Shown here: positions 1-9,524 of the stretch, one piece after another
Layout: the number at the start of each line of letters is the position of its first letter
How positions within the stretch are numbered: the stretch's first letter is position 1
The notes under the pieces: model-generated
What the model saw: the letters and a program-made list of their open reading frames with translations, nothing else
Database searches by the model: none
Told to the model about the DNA's origin: nothing
Origin: a bacterium HR34
Lineage (GTDB): Bacteria; Patescibacteriota; Minisyncoccia; Minisyncoccales; HRBIN34
Reading direction: 5' to 3'
Assembly: GCA_002923395.1 (NCBI GenBank)
Contig: BEIK01000002.1
Location: 1,965-65,964, forward strand
Length of the DNA stretch: 64,000 nucleotides
Translations under genes and position numbers: made by a program

Positions 1-1
1 T

Positions 2-652
2 AAGTTTAACAAAGTGATAGAGTTTTTTGGCGCTGATCATCAGGCGCATAAAAAGAGAATGGAAGTAATAGCAAAAATGTTGGGTTTTAAGGGAGATTTG
101 AATATTTTAATAACGCAGTTGGTAAACTTGAAAGAAGGTAAAATGTCAAAAAGAGAAGGAAGGGTTATTTATTTGAAAGATTTAATTGATGAAGTCGGCT
201 TGGATAGCGCCAGATTTTTTTATTTACAAAAAAGTATAGATTCTCAAATGGTTTTTGATATGGAATTGGCAAAAGAAAGATCTCAAAAAAGCCCGGTTTA
301 TTATTGTCAGTACGCTTTAGTTAGATGCAAAAGTATTTTAAGGAAAAATAAAAAGAAAAATGTAAAAGTGAAAAAAATAATTTTGAAAGATCACGAAGAA
401 ATTTTATTGGCAAAAGAAGTTTTGAGGTTTCCAGAAGTTTTACATAATATCGCCAACAATTTACAAGTTCATCTTTTAATAAACTATACGATTTCGCTTG
501 CAGATAAGTTTCACAATTTTTATCATAGTTGCAATGTTTTGACAGCCGAAAAAGAGTTAAAGGAGAGCCGATTGCTTTTAGTGAAAAAAGTTGCCGAGAC
601 ATTTGAGGTAATTTTTGATATATTAGGAATATCAAAACCGTCTAAAATGTAA
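2..652 (+). CDS. argS: Arginyl-tRNA synthetase, C-terminal portion (5' end lies upstream of window)
   Basis: Frame is open to the window edge; GADHQAH, GKMSKREG (ArgRS KMSKS-equivalent) and a DALR-type anticodon-binding tail. Confidence 0.85.
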   Translation, partial: KFNKVIEFFGADHQAHKKRMEVIAKMLGFKGDLNILITQLVNLKEGKMSKREGRVIYLKDLIDEVGLDSARFFYLQKSIDSQMVFDMELAKERSQKSPVYYCQYALVRCKSILRKNKKKNVKVKKIILKDHEEILLAKEVLRFPEVLHNIANNLQVHLLINYTISLADKFHNFYHSCNVLTAEKELKESRLLLVKKVAETFEVIFDILGISKPSKM

Positions 653-656
653 AAAA

Positions 657-3600
657 ATGTTTACCAACGAAATAGAACTTCAAATTTTAAAATTTTGGAA
701 AGATAAGGATATTTTTAAAAAAAGTCTGCGAAAAAATAAAGGCAGGAAAAATTTTGTTTTTTATGAAGGTCCGCCAACAGCAAACGGAAAGCCCGGAATA
801 CATCATATTTTAGCGAGAAGTTTTAAGGATGTTATTTGCCGATTCAAAACAATGAAAGGTTTTTATGTTTTGAGAAGAGGCGGTTGGGATACCCATGGAT
901 TACCAGTAGAACTCGAAGTTGAAAAGAAACTTGGCTTGGAAAATAAAAGAGATATAGAAAGGTTTGGAATTAAAAAATTTAATGAGATGTGTAGGCAGTC
1001 TGTTTGGGAATATAAAACAGAGTGGGAAAAACTTACAGAGAGAATGGCTTACTGGATTGATTTGGAGAACGCTTACATAACTTATGATCCGAATTACATT
1101 GAAAGCGTTTGGTATATTTTAAGTTTTCTTTACAAAAAAGGGTATTTGCAAAAAGGTTATAAAGTTTTGCCATATTGCCCGAGATGCGGCACGCCCTTGT
1201 CTTCTCATGAGGTTGCGCTTGGTTATAAAAAGGTAAAGGATAAATCAATTTATGTGAAGTTTGAAATTAAAGATAAAGAGTTTGCTAAAAAATTAGGTTT
1301 TCAAGAAGAAAAAATTTACTTAATTATTTGGACAACCACTCCGTGGACCTTGCCGGCAAACGTGCTGGTCGCCGGAAATAAAAATATAAAATACGTTGCC
1401 GTAAAAGTTGGCAACGAAGTTTATATTTTAAGCAAAAAAGCAAAAGATAGCATTTTTCCAGATATTAGCGACGAGAAAGAGATTGATTCAAAAAATTTAT
1501 ATAACTTAGAGTACAAACCTCCTTATAATGTTTTGGAAAGTTTTAATGTTAAACCAAAAAGATCACATTATGTTGTTTTTGCTGATTATGTAAGCGATGA
1601 GGATGGTTCTGGTTTTGTGCACATAGCGCCGGCATTTGGGCAGGAAGATATGGATGTGGTTGAAAAAGAAAACAAAAAAAATAAAGTTAATTTGCCTGTT
1701 TTAATTACGCTTGAAGACGATGGTGCTTTCAAGAAAATAAAAGGGTTAGAATTTATTGAGGGAAAATTTGTAAAAGAAGCAGATCCCTTAATTGTGCAGG
1801 ATTTACAAAACAAAAAACTTTTATTGAAAGAACAGGTGATAGAGCATGAGTACCCTTTTTGTTGGAGGTGCAAAAGCCCTTTGCTGTATTTTGCTAGAGA
1901 TTCTTGGTTTGTAAAGACAACTTTAATAAAAGATAAAATAATAAAAAACAACAAAACCATAAGTTGGGTACCAACTCACTTGAAGGAAGGGAGATTTGGA
2001 GAGTGGCTAAAAGATCTTAAAGATTGGGCTATCTCAAGAGAAAGATATTGGGGTACTCCTTTACCAATATGGATATGCGAAAAATGCGGCAATCAAAAGG
2101 TTTTATCAAGTAAAAGTGATATTGAAAAACAAAAATTTACAACGAATACCTTTTATATTTTAAGGCATGGCCAGTCCCTTAGAAATGTTTATAATTTTGT
2201 TTCATGCTGGCCGGAAGTAAGAAAATCTCCTTTAACAAAAGAGGGTATAGCGCAGGCTAAAGAAGCAGGAAAAAAATTAAAAGGGAAAATTGATATTATT
2301 TTCACCTCTGATTTAGAAAGGACAATGCAAACTGCTCAAATAGTTGCTGAAGAAACAGGCTGCAAAGTTTTGCTGGCGAAAGAATTAAGAGAGGTAAATG
2401 AGGGCATATTTAACGGCAAAAAAACAATAGAAGTTTTTAGGTATTTTACCAAAAAATACGGTAAAGAATTGTCAAAAGAAGAATATTATCTAATGAGGTT
2501 TAGAGAAAAGGTACCAGGAGGTGAGAGTTTGTCAGAGTTACAAAAAAGAGTTTTAAGTTTTATAAAGCGCATAAACAAAAAATATAAAAACAAAAGAATA
2601 CTTCTTGTTTCTCATGAGTTGCCTTTAACAATTTTGGAATGTTCAATGAAGGGAATGAGTCCTATTGAAATAATTAAATTTAGAGAAAAGAAAATGATAA
2701 AAACAGCCGAAGTTAGAAAAATAGATTTTAAGATACTTCCATATAATGATAATTCTGAAATTGATTTTCACCGTCCGTATATAGATGAGGTTGAGTTTTT
2801 GTGTGATAATTGTTCTTCTTTAATGAAAAGAGTTCCTGATGTTTTGGATTGTTGGTTTGATAGCGGTTCTATGCCATTCGCTCAGTGGCACTACCCTTTT
2901 GAAAATAAAGATTTAATAGACAAAAGAAAACAGTTCCCAGCAGATTATATTTCAGAGGCGATAGATCAAACAAGAGGATGGTTTTATACTCTTTTGGCTG
3001 TGTCAACATTTTTGAAAGGCGTGGCTCCTTACAAAAATGTTGTTTCTTTGGGGCACGTTTTAGATGAGAAGGGAGAAAAAATGTCAAAATCAAAAGGTAA
3101 TGTTGTTGATCCTTGGCAAATGGCTCAAAAATATACAATTGATTCTGTTAGGTGGTATTTTTTTACAGTTAATCAGCCGGGAGAACCAAAACTTTTTTCG
3201 GAAAAAGCATTGGAGGCGGTTTACAAAAAATTTATTTTAACAACTTTTAATGTAATTAATTTTTTAAAGCTTTACTCAAACGAAAAAGTAAAAATTCAAA
3301 CTAATTTTTCTAAAAATAACAACATTCTTGATAAATGGATTTTATCGAAAATTAATTCTTTAACTTTTGAGGTTACAAAAGATTTGGAAAGTTATAAAAT
3401 AGTCGATGCTGCAAGAAAAATAGAAAATTTTGTTGTGGACGATTTATCTCAATGGTATGTTAGAAGATCTCGCGACAGATTTAGGGAAAGCGGAAGTGAC
3501 TTTAATACTGCTTTTTCTGTTTTATTTTTGGTTTTAAAGAAGTTATCTATTGTTATGGCGCCTTTCGTTCCGTTTTTAGGAGAATATGTTTATCAACAGT

Positions 3601-4223
3601 TAAAAAATATAAACGAAAAAGGTTTTAAAGAAAGTGTGCACTTGGAAAATTACTTTAAGCCGAATAGGAAACTCATAAACAAAAAACTTGAGTTGAATAT
3701 GGAGAAAATAAGAGAATTGGTAAATGTTGGTTTGAATTTAAGACAAAAAGCAAAAATAAAAGTAAGGCAACCACTTTTGGAAATTTATTTACACGAGTCA
3801 TTGAGGAAAATCGTAGACAAAGATATGCAAGAAATTCTGAAAGGAGAACTTAATGTTAAGAGGATAGTGTTTTTTAAAGATAGAAATGAGATCAAAAAAG
3901 ATAAAGTTACCGAGAGCGACGAGAATAAAGATATTCTATTGAATATTGAAATAACACCTGAGCTTCAAAATGAAGGCGAGATTAGGGAGTTTGTTAGGAA
4001 TATTCAGAATATAAGAAAGAAAATGGCTTTGATTCCAAAGGACTTAATAATAATTGAAGTTTCTGGAGACGAAAAGAGCAAAGAGTTTATAGAAATGAAC
4101 AAAGAGGTTTTGAAGGAAGTTTTGAAGGCAAAGGATTTAGTGTTTTATGACAATTTAACAGGAAAATATGATACAATATCAATTGGAGATAAAAAGTTTA
4201 ATATTAAAATTAAATTAGTATAA
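657..4223 (+). CDS. ileS: Isoleucyl-tRNA synthetase carrying an inserted histidine-phosphatase-like domain
   Basis: HIGH region (GKPGIHHILARS), KMSKSKGN, WAISRERYWGTPLPIW, DFHRPYID...DCWFDSGSMP; about 215 extra residues with RHG...SHE phosphatase motifs between the last two blocks. Confidence 0.9.
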   Translation: MFTNEIELQILKFWKDKDIFKKSLRKNKGRKNFVFYEGPPTANGKPGIHHILARSFKDVICRFKTMKGFYVLRRGGWDTHGLPVELEVEKKLGLENKRDIERFGIKKFNEMCRQSVWEYKTEWEKLTERMAYWIDLENAYITYDPNYIESVWYILSFLYKKGYLQKGYKVLPYCPRCGTPLSSHEVALGYKKVKDKSIYVKFEIKDKEFAKKLGFQEEKIYLIIWTTTPWTLPANVLVAGNKNIKYVAVKVGNEVYILSKKAKDSIFPDISDEKEIDSKNLYNLEYKPPYNVLESFNVKPKRSHYVVFADYVSDEDGSGFVHIAPAFGQEDMDVVEKENKKNKVNLPVLITLEDDGAFKKIKGLEFIEGKFVKEADPLIVQDLQNKKLLLKEQVIEHEYPFCWRCKSPLLYFARDSWFVKTTLIKDKIIKNNKTISWVPTHLKEGRFGEWLKDLKDWAISRERYWGTPLPIWICEKCGNQKVLSSKSDIEKQKFTTNTFYILRHGQSLRNVYNFVSCWPEVRKSPLTKEGIAQAKEAGKKLKGKIDIIFTSDLERTMQTAQIVAEETGCKVLLAKELREVNEGIFNGKKTIEVFRYFTKKYGKELSKEEYYLMRFREKVPGGESLSELQKRVLSFIKRINKKYKNKRILLVSHELPLTILECSMKGMSPIEIIKFREKKMIKTAEVRKIDFKILPYNDNSEIDFHRPYIDEVEFLCDNCSSLMKRVPDVLDCWFDSGSMPFAQWHYPFENKDLIDKRKQFPADYISEAIDQTRGWFYTLLAVSTFLKGVAPYKNVVSLGHVLDEKGEKMSKSKGNVVDPWQMAQKYTIDSVRWYFFTVNQPGEPKLFSEKALEAVYKKFILTTFNVINFLKLYSNEKVKIQTNFSKNNNILDKWILSKINSLTFEVTKDLESYKIVDAARKIENFVVDDLSQWYVRRSRDRFRESGSDFNTAFSVLFLVLKKLSIVMAPFVPFLGEYVYQQLKNINEKGFKESVHLENYFKPNRKLINKKLELNMEKIRELVNVGLNLRQKAKIKVRQPLLEIYLHESLRKIVDKDMQEILKGELNVKRIVFFKDRNEIKKDKVTESDENKDILLNIEITPELQNEGEIREFVRNIQNIRKKMALIPKDLIIIEVSGDEKSKEFIEMNKEVLKEVLKAKDLVFYDNLTGKYDTISIGDKKFNIKIKLV

Positions 4224-4226
4224 AAT

Positions 4227-4493
4227 ATGCCATTACAAAATTGGTCAACACCTTTAAAATTATATCATTTGAAAAAAATTATAGAAGAGGCAAAAAGCAA
4301 ATTTGTTATATCGTATGGAGATAAAAAAAAGTTTATTAACTTTATAGAAGATAAAATAAAAAGTAAGGGTAAAAATTATTTGAGTGAAGATATTGTAAAA
4401 GATTTGAGGGATGATATAAGAGATTGGGAGGAGAATAAAAAAACATATAATAAATATTTAAAATTTTTTGATGAGTTGTTAAGTAAGTTGTAG
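4227..4493 (+). CDS. Hypothetical small Lys/Glu-rich protein
   Basis: 88-aa ORF tightly packed between ileS and recO; no family recognised. Confidence 0.4.
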   Translation: MPLQNWSTPLKLYHLKKIIEEAKSKFVISYGDKKKFINFIEDKIKSKGKNYLSEDIVKDLRDDIRDWEENKKTYNKYLKFFDELLSKL

Positions 4494-4498
4494 TGGTT

Positions 4499-5203
4499 AT
4501 GTATTTCACTTATAAAACAAAAGCTTTTATATTGCATCAAGAAGATTCTGGAGAAGCAGATAGAATTTTAAGTTTGTATACAAAAGATTATGGTTTAATT
4601 GAAGTTGTTGCTAAAGGAGAGAGAAAATTAACATCGAAATTAAGAGCGTTTTTGCAGCCTTTTTCTTTGTGTGATGTTGAATTTGTGCAAGGAAAAAACG
4701 CAAAAACTGTAATTGACTCTCAGGTTATAGAAGATTTTTATTTTGTGAAAAAAAATTTGCAAAAACTTGTTTGCGCCACAAATATATCGAATATTATATT
4801 AAAAACAATAACAGATTCACAAAAAGATGATAATGTTTGGTCTTTGATTTTGATTGCTTTTAGTTTATTAGATAAAATAAACAGCGAAACCGATATAAAA
4901 ATTCTTTATTATTTTTTCGTTATTAAATTTTTGTCTTTAACAGGTTATCACATAGATATTTTTAAGTGTTCTGTTTGCGGAGGAAAATTATCAAAAGAAT
5001 GTTATCTTTCTTTTTTTGACAAAAATGTTGTTTGCTTTAATTGTAGAAAGTCGTCAAAAGATAATGTTAAAATAGATTTTGAAACAATGATAGTGTTAAA
5101 ATATATTTTAAGATCTCAAATTCAAGCGCTTTTAGGATTGCCCTTAAATGAAAATCATTTTAAAAAATTAGATTTAATATCAAAGCAATACATTGAAATA
5201 TGA
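4499..5203 (+). CDS. recO: DNA repair protein RecO
   Basis: N-terminal OB-fold pattern (KTKAFILHQEDSGEADRILSLYTKDYG) and C-terminal CxxC...CxxC zinc module; ATG at 4499 preferred over the track start at 4493. Confidence 0.8.
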   Translation: MYFTYKTKAFILHQEDSGEADRILSLYTKDYGLIEVVAKGERKLTSKLRAFLQPFSLCDVEFVQGKNAKTVIDSQVIEDFYFVKKNLQKLVCATNISNIILKTITDSQKDDNVWSLILIAFSLLDKINSETDIKILYYFFVIKFLSLTGYHIDIFKCSVCGGKLSKECYLSFFDKNVVCFNCRKSSKDNVKIDFETMIVLKYILRSQIQALLGLPLNENHFKKLDLISKQYIEI

Positions 5204-6852
5204 AACTTAAAAAACTTATTTTAAAAATTTTTATAATTGGTATAGTTGGGGTAATTGGTTTTGCTTTTTATATTTTACAAACCCAAACATTTTCAAAAGA
5301 TGAAGTTTTTCTTGAAATTTTAGCGCCAGAAAAAGTTGAGGCAGGAGACCAGATAAATTTTATAGTCAAAATTGAAAACAAAGGAACTACAAGGTTGGAT
5401 GATGCTTTTTTAACATTTTTATATCCTGAAAATTCTATAGTTGAGGGCAATGAATTTCTTAGAGAAACAATTAATTTGGATAGTTTATACCCTGGAGAAG
5501 AAAAATCTTTTAAGTTTGCAGCAAGGATATTCGGTAAGGAAAATGATTTTAAAGAAGCAAAAGCCATATTAAGATACAAGCCCAAAAATTTAAACTCAGA
5601 ATTCGAGTCGTCTACATCACACTTGTTGCAAATAGAAAGAGTGCCTATAAATCTGAGTATAAATATGCCATCTGTCATAGAGCCTCCTGCAAAAATTAAA
5701 TTAAATATAGATTATTTATCTAACATAGACCTTCCATTAGAAGATGTAACAATATTTTTGGAGTATCCTTCTGGTTTTGAATTTTTATCTTCTGAGCCTT
5801 CTTCAATAGAAATAAATCAATGGGACATACCAAAATTGGAAGACAGTGAAGGGGATAGAATTATTGTTGAAGGAAATATCTCAGGAGATATAGGCGAGGA
5901 GAAGGAATTTAAAGCAAAAATTGGAATTTGGAGAAATGGCCAGTTTGTTGTTTTAAAAGAGGCAGTTAAAAAAATAGTTTTAGAAAAGGTTGATTTAATT
6001 ATTTCTCAAACAGTTAACGGCCAAGAAAATTATATTGCTGAGCCAGGAGAACTTTTACACTATGTTATAAAATTTAAAAATATAGGAGAGAAAGATTTGT
6101 CTAATCTGTTTATGGTCGTTAATTTAGATACCCAAACACTTGATTTATCCACTCTTAAAGTTATAAACGGAAAATACAACAGCAAAGACAACTTTATTCT
6201 TTACGATAATTCCAGTTCTCCTTTGTTTTCTCTTTTGAAATCAGGGGAGGAAGGTGATGTTGAATTTTTTGTTAATGTAAAAGATATAAGTGATTTGAAA
6301 CCCGCTAATGATGTTACAATTTCAAATTCTGTTTTCATTTCAAAAACTAGAGAAGAACTTCATACAAAAATAAGATCAAAACCTATATTTACTGCTAACT
6401 TTGCATATGAAGATGAGGTTTTCGGTAACACGGGCCCAAATCCTCCACAAGTTCAAAAAGACACTACCTATACTCTTACTTGGAATATTAAAAACAAAAT
6501 AAACTCATTAAAAGATGTTAGAATAACAGCAACTTTACCAGAAATTGTTTCTGTAAATACAGATAAAGTTTTCCCAGAAGAGGAAAAGCAAAATTTTGTT
6601 TTAGATGAGAAAGAGAGAAAAATATCTTTTACAATAGAAGAAATATCTCCTAATGAAGAAAAATCTATTGCTTTTCAAGTAAAGGTTTTGCCGCAAAAAG
6701 AAGAAGACCTTTCTAACTTAACAATTTTGAAAGATATAAGATTGTCAGCTTTTGACGAATGGATACAAGATAACATAGAATACAAATTTGAAGATTTAAC
6801 AATACCAATACAAAACAACAACAGCGGAGGTCAAAATAACAATAATAATTAA
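5200..6852 (+). CDS. Hypothetical membrane-anchored, probably surface-exposed beta-rich protein
   Basis: N-terminal TM helix (ILKIFIIGIVGVIGFAFYIL), about 500 aa of repetitive beta-strand-like segments, Asn-rich tail; ATGA overlap with recO. Confidence 0.55.
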   Translation: MKLKKLILKIFIIGIVGVIGFAFYILQTQTFSKDEVFLEILAPEKVEAGDQINFIVKIENKGTTRLDDAFLTFLYPENSIVEGNEFLRETINLDSLYPGEEKSFKFAARIFGKENDFKEAKAILRYKPKNLNSEFESSTSHLLQIERVPINLSINMPSVIEPPAKIKLNIDYLSNIDLPLEDVTIFLEYPSGFEFLSSEPSSIEINQWDIPKLEDSEGDRIIVEGNISGDIGEEKEFKAKIGIWRNGQFVVLKEAVKKIVLEKVDLIISQTVNGQENYIAEPGELLHYVIKFKNIGEKDLSNLFMVVNLDTQTLDLSTLKVINGKYNSKDNFILYDNSSSPLFSLLKSGEEGDVEFFVNVKDISDLKPANDVTISNSVFISKTREELHTKIRSKPIFTANFAYEDEVFGNTGPNPPQVQKDTTYTLTWNIKNKINSLKDVRITATLPEIVSVNTDKVFPEEEKQNFVLDEKERKISFTIEEISPNEEKSIAFQVKVLPQKEEDLSNLTILKDIRLSAFDEWIQDNIEYKFEDLTIPIQNNNSGGQNNNNN

Positions 6853-6855
6853 AAA

Positions 6856-8238
6856 ATGATAAGCAACAATCAACAAAAAAATCTTTCAGAAATAATATCT
6901 CTTTGCAAGAGAAGGGGTTTTATTTTTCAATCCTGTGAAATATATGGAGGTTTGTCTGGTTTTTGGGATCTCGGGCCTCTTGGTTCTTTAATGAAAAATA
7001 ATTTAAGAAAATTATGGCTTAAAAAATTTACAAGACAAACAGATAATGTTTTTTTAATTGAGGGAACTATTATAATGCACAAAAGAGTTTGGGAGGCGTC
7101 AGGTCATATCGAGAACTTTACAGATCCTTTAATGGAATGTAAAAAGTGTAATACAAGATTTAGAGCGGATCATTTAATGAATGGTAAATTTGTAGGGCAG
7201 GGTAAAGCAAAAGAGAAAGGGCAATGTGTTAATTGTGGTTCAAAAGAATTTACAGAGCCCCGTATGTTTAATTTGATGTTTAAAACATTTGTTGGTCCTG
7301 TTGAAAACGACGCTTCAATTGCTTATTTAAGACCAGAAACAGCACAATCAATGTTTACCAACTTTCAAAATGTTGTTAATTCAATGAGGGCAAAACTTCC
7401 TTTTGGTATAGCGCAGGCAGGGAAATGTTTTAGGAATGAAATAACAACAGGTGATTTTATTTTTCGTTCAAGAGAGTTTGAAATAGCAGAAATTGAGTTT
7501 TTTGTAAAACCAGGAGAAGATGAAAAGTGGTTTGATTTTTGGCTTGAAAAATGGGAGAAGTTCTTTTTAGAGATAGGCATTAAAAAAGAAAATCTAAGAA
7601 GATACGAACATCCAAAAGAAAGTTTGGCGCACTATTCAAAGAGAACAGTTGATTTAGAGTATAATTTTCCTTTTGGATGGTCAGAGTTGGCAGGTGTTGC
7701 CAACAGAACTGATTATGATTTAAGAAGACACAACGCATTTTCAGGAAAAGATTTAATGTATTTTGACGAAAAAGAAAACAGAAAGTATTTTCCTTATGTT
7801 ATTGAGCCAACAATGGGTTTAGAGAGGGTTTTAATGACTTTAATAATTGATGCTTTTGAGGAAATTGAAGGCGGAAGAACAAAAACAACTCAGCCAACAA
7901 AAGAAAAAGAGTATTTATTAAAACTTAATAAAAATATAGCGCCAATAAAAGTTGCCATACTACCGCTTGTTAAAAACAATGAGGAAATTGTTAAAAAGAG
8001 CAGGGATGTGTTTGATATGCTAAAGTGTGATTTTTATTGCCAGTATGATGATGCAGGTTCAATTGGGAGAAGATACAGAAGGCAAGATGAGATAGGCACG
8101 CCATACTGCATCACAATAGATTTTGATACTCTAAAAGATGATACAGTTACAGTAAGAGACAGAGACACCATGGAGCAGGAGAGAATAAAAATAAAAGAAC
8201 TTCCTGATTTTTTCAAAGAGCAATTTGAAGACATTTAA
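6856..8238 (+). CDS. glyQS: Glycyl-tRNA synthetase (alpha2 dimeric class II type)
   Basis: Class II motifs (FRNEITTGDFIFRSREFEIAEIEFF; EPTMGLERV), Cys-cluster insertion, anticodon-binding C-terminus. Confidence 0.9.
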   Translation: MISNNQQKNLSEIISLCKRRGFIFQSCEIYGGLSGFWDLGPLGSLMKNNLRKLWLKKFTRQTDNVFLIEGTIIMHKRVWEASGHIENFTDPLMECKKCNTRFRADHLMNGKFVGQGKAKEKGQCVNCGSKEFTEPRMFNLMFKTFVGPVENDASIAYLRPETAQSMFTNFQNVVNSMRAKLPFGIAQAGKCFRNEITTGDFIFRSREFEIAEIEFFVKPGEDEKWFDFWLEKWEKFFLEIGIKKENLRRYEHPKESLAHYSKRTVDLEYNFPFGWSELAGVANRTDYDLRRHNAFSGKDLMYFDEKENRKYFPYVIEPTMGLERVLMTLIIDAFEEIEGGRTKTTQPTKEKEYLLKLNKNIAPIKVAILPLVKNNEEIVKKSRDVFDMLKCDFYCQYDDAGSIGRRYRRQDEIGTPYCITIDFDTLKDDTVTVRDRDTMEQERIKIKELPDFFKEQFEDI

Positions 8239-8246
8239 TAAAAATT

Positions 8247-9524
8247 ATGAACTCAATTCAAATAAAAAAATTTCAAAATGGTTTAACTCTTTTGTTAGTT
8301 CCTAAGAAAAACACATTATCTGCAACTGTTTCTGTTTTTGTAAAAACAGGCTCTGAATATGAGACAAAAGAATCGAACGGAATATCGCATTTTTTAGAAC
8401 ATATGCTTTTCAAAGGCACAAAAAAGAGAAGAACACCTCTTGATATTTTTACTTTCACAGATTCTATTGGCGCTAATTTTAACGCCGCAACATCAAACCA
8501 ATATACATTTTATTATATTAAAACTCCTTACCATAACATAGAGCAGGCTTTTGATATAGTTTCAGATATTTATTTAAATTCCATTTTCCCCACTCAAGAA
8601 GTTGAAAAAGAGAGAAGTGTAATTATTGAAGAAATAAACACTTATTCTGACAACCCAATGATGAACATGCCCAACCTTTTTATAAATTGTTTGTATGGCG
8701 ATCAGCCGGCTGGTTGGGATATTGCCGGCACAAAACAAACAGTATCAAATATAAAAAGAGAAGATATTATAAGTTATATGGAAAGTCAGTATAAAGCAAG
8801 GAATACAATAGTTGTTGTGGCTGGTAATGTTAATTCTCAAGAAGTTTTAAGGTTAGTAGAAAAATATTTTAAAAACATAAGAATAGGCGAGTCAAAAGAA
8901 AAAAACAAAGTCATTATAAAATATGATGGCCCAAAAGTTTTAATTAAAGAGAGCAACACAGACCAGGTTCATTTGGCTTTGGGAGGCAATGGTTTTAGTA
9001 TGAAAGACAAAGAAAGATTTGCGCAAGATATTATAACAAGTATTTTAGGAGGTATGAGTAGCGCAAGATTGTTTTTGAAAATCAGGGAAGAAATGGGCGC
9101 TGCTTATTATATTTGGTCTGATTCTGATTTCTTTTTAGATCATGGATACATTTTTACCCAAACAGGAGTTAACATAGATAAAACAAAACAAGTTATAAAA
9201 GAAATAGTAAATCAATATAAACTTTTAACATTAGAACCAATTCCAAGCAAAGAATTAAAAAAAGTTAAGGGTTATTTGGAAGGGAAAATGACTCTATCTT
9301 TGGAAGATTCTGAGGCTTTAGCAAATTTTTATGGAGTGCAGTATTGTCTTAAAGATAGTGTTTTTAGACCAAAAGAATTGGTAGAAATTATTAATAAAAT
9401 TACTCCGCGTGATATAATAATAACATCAAGAAAATTATTTAATACTAAAAATTTATATCTTGCTATAACTGGCCCTTTTGAAAAAGAAGAGGAAAAAGAA
9501 TTTATTAACCTTTTAAAAATATGA
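8247..9524 (+). CDS. M16 family (pitrilysin-like) zinc peptidase
   Basis: Inverted zinc motif HFLEH followed by MLFKGT; length typical of the family. Confidence 0.8.
   Translation: MNSIQIKKFQNGLTLLLVPKKNTLSATVSVFVKTGSEYETKESNGISHFLEHMLFKGTKKRRTPLDIFTFTDSIGANFNAATSNQYTFYYIKTPYHNIEQAFDIVSDIYLNSIFPTQEVEKERSVIIEEINTYSDNPMMNMPNLFINCLYGDQPAGWDIAGTKQTVSNIKREDIISYMESQYKARNTIVVVAGNVNSQEVLRLVEKYFKNIRIGESKEKNKVIIKYDGPKVLIKESNTDQVHLALGGNGFSMKDKERFAQDIITSILGGMSSARLFLKIREEMGAAYYIWSDSDFFLDHGYIFTQTGVNIDKTKQVIKEIVNQYKLLTLEPIPSKELKKVKGYLEGKMTLSLEDSEALANFYGVQYCLKDSVFRPKELVEIINKITPRDIIITSRKLFNTKNLYLAITGPFEKEEEKEFINLLKI

Noticed and set aside
2110-2760. Intein or assembly chimera as the explanation for the IleRS insert
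   Set aside because: There are no intein splice-junction residues or endonuclease motifs. The insert has phosphatase motifs, and the frame and flanking IleRS blocks are seamless. A chimera cannot be excluded without reads, so it is kept as a check in the finding.
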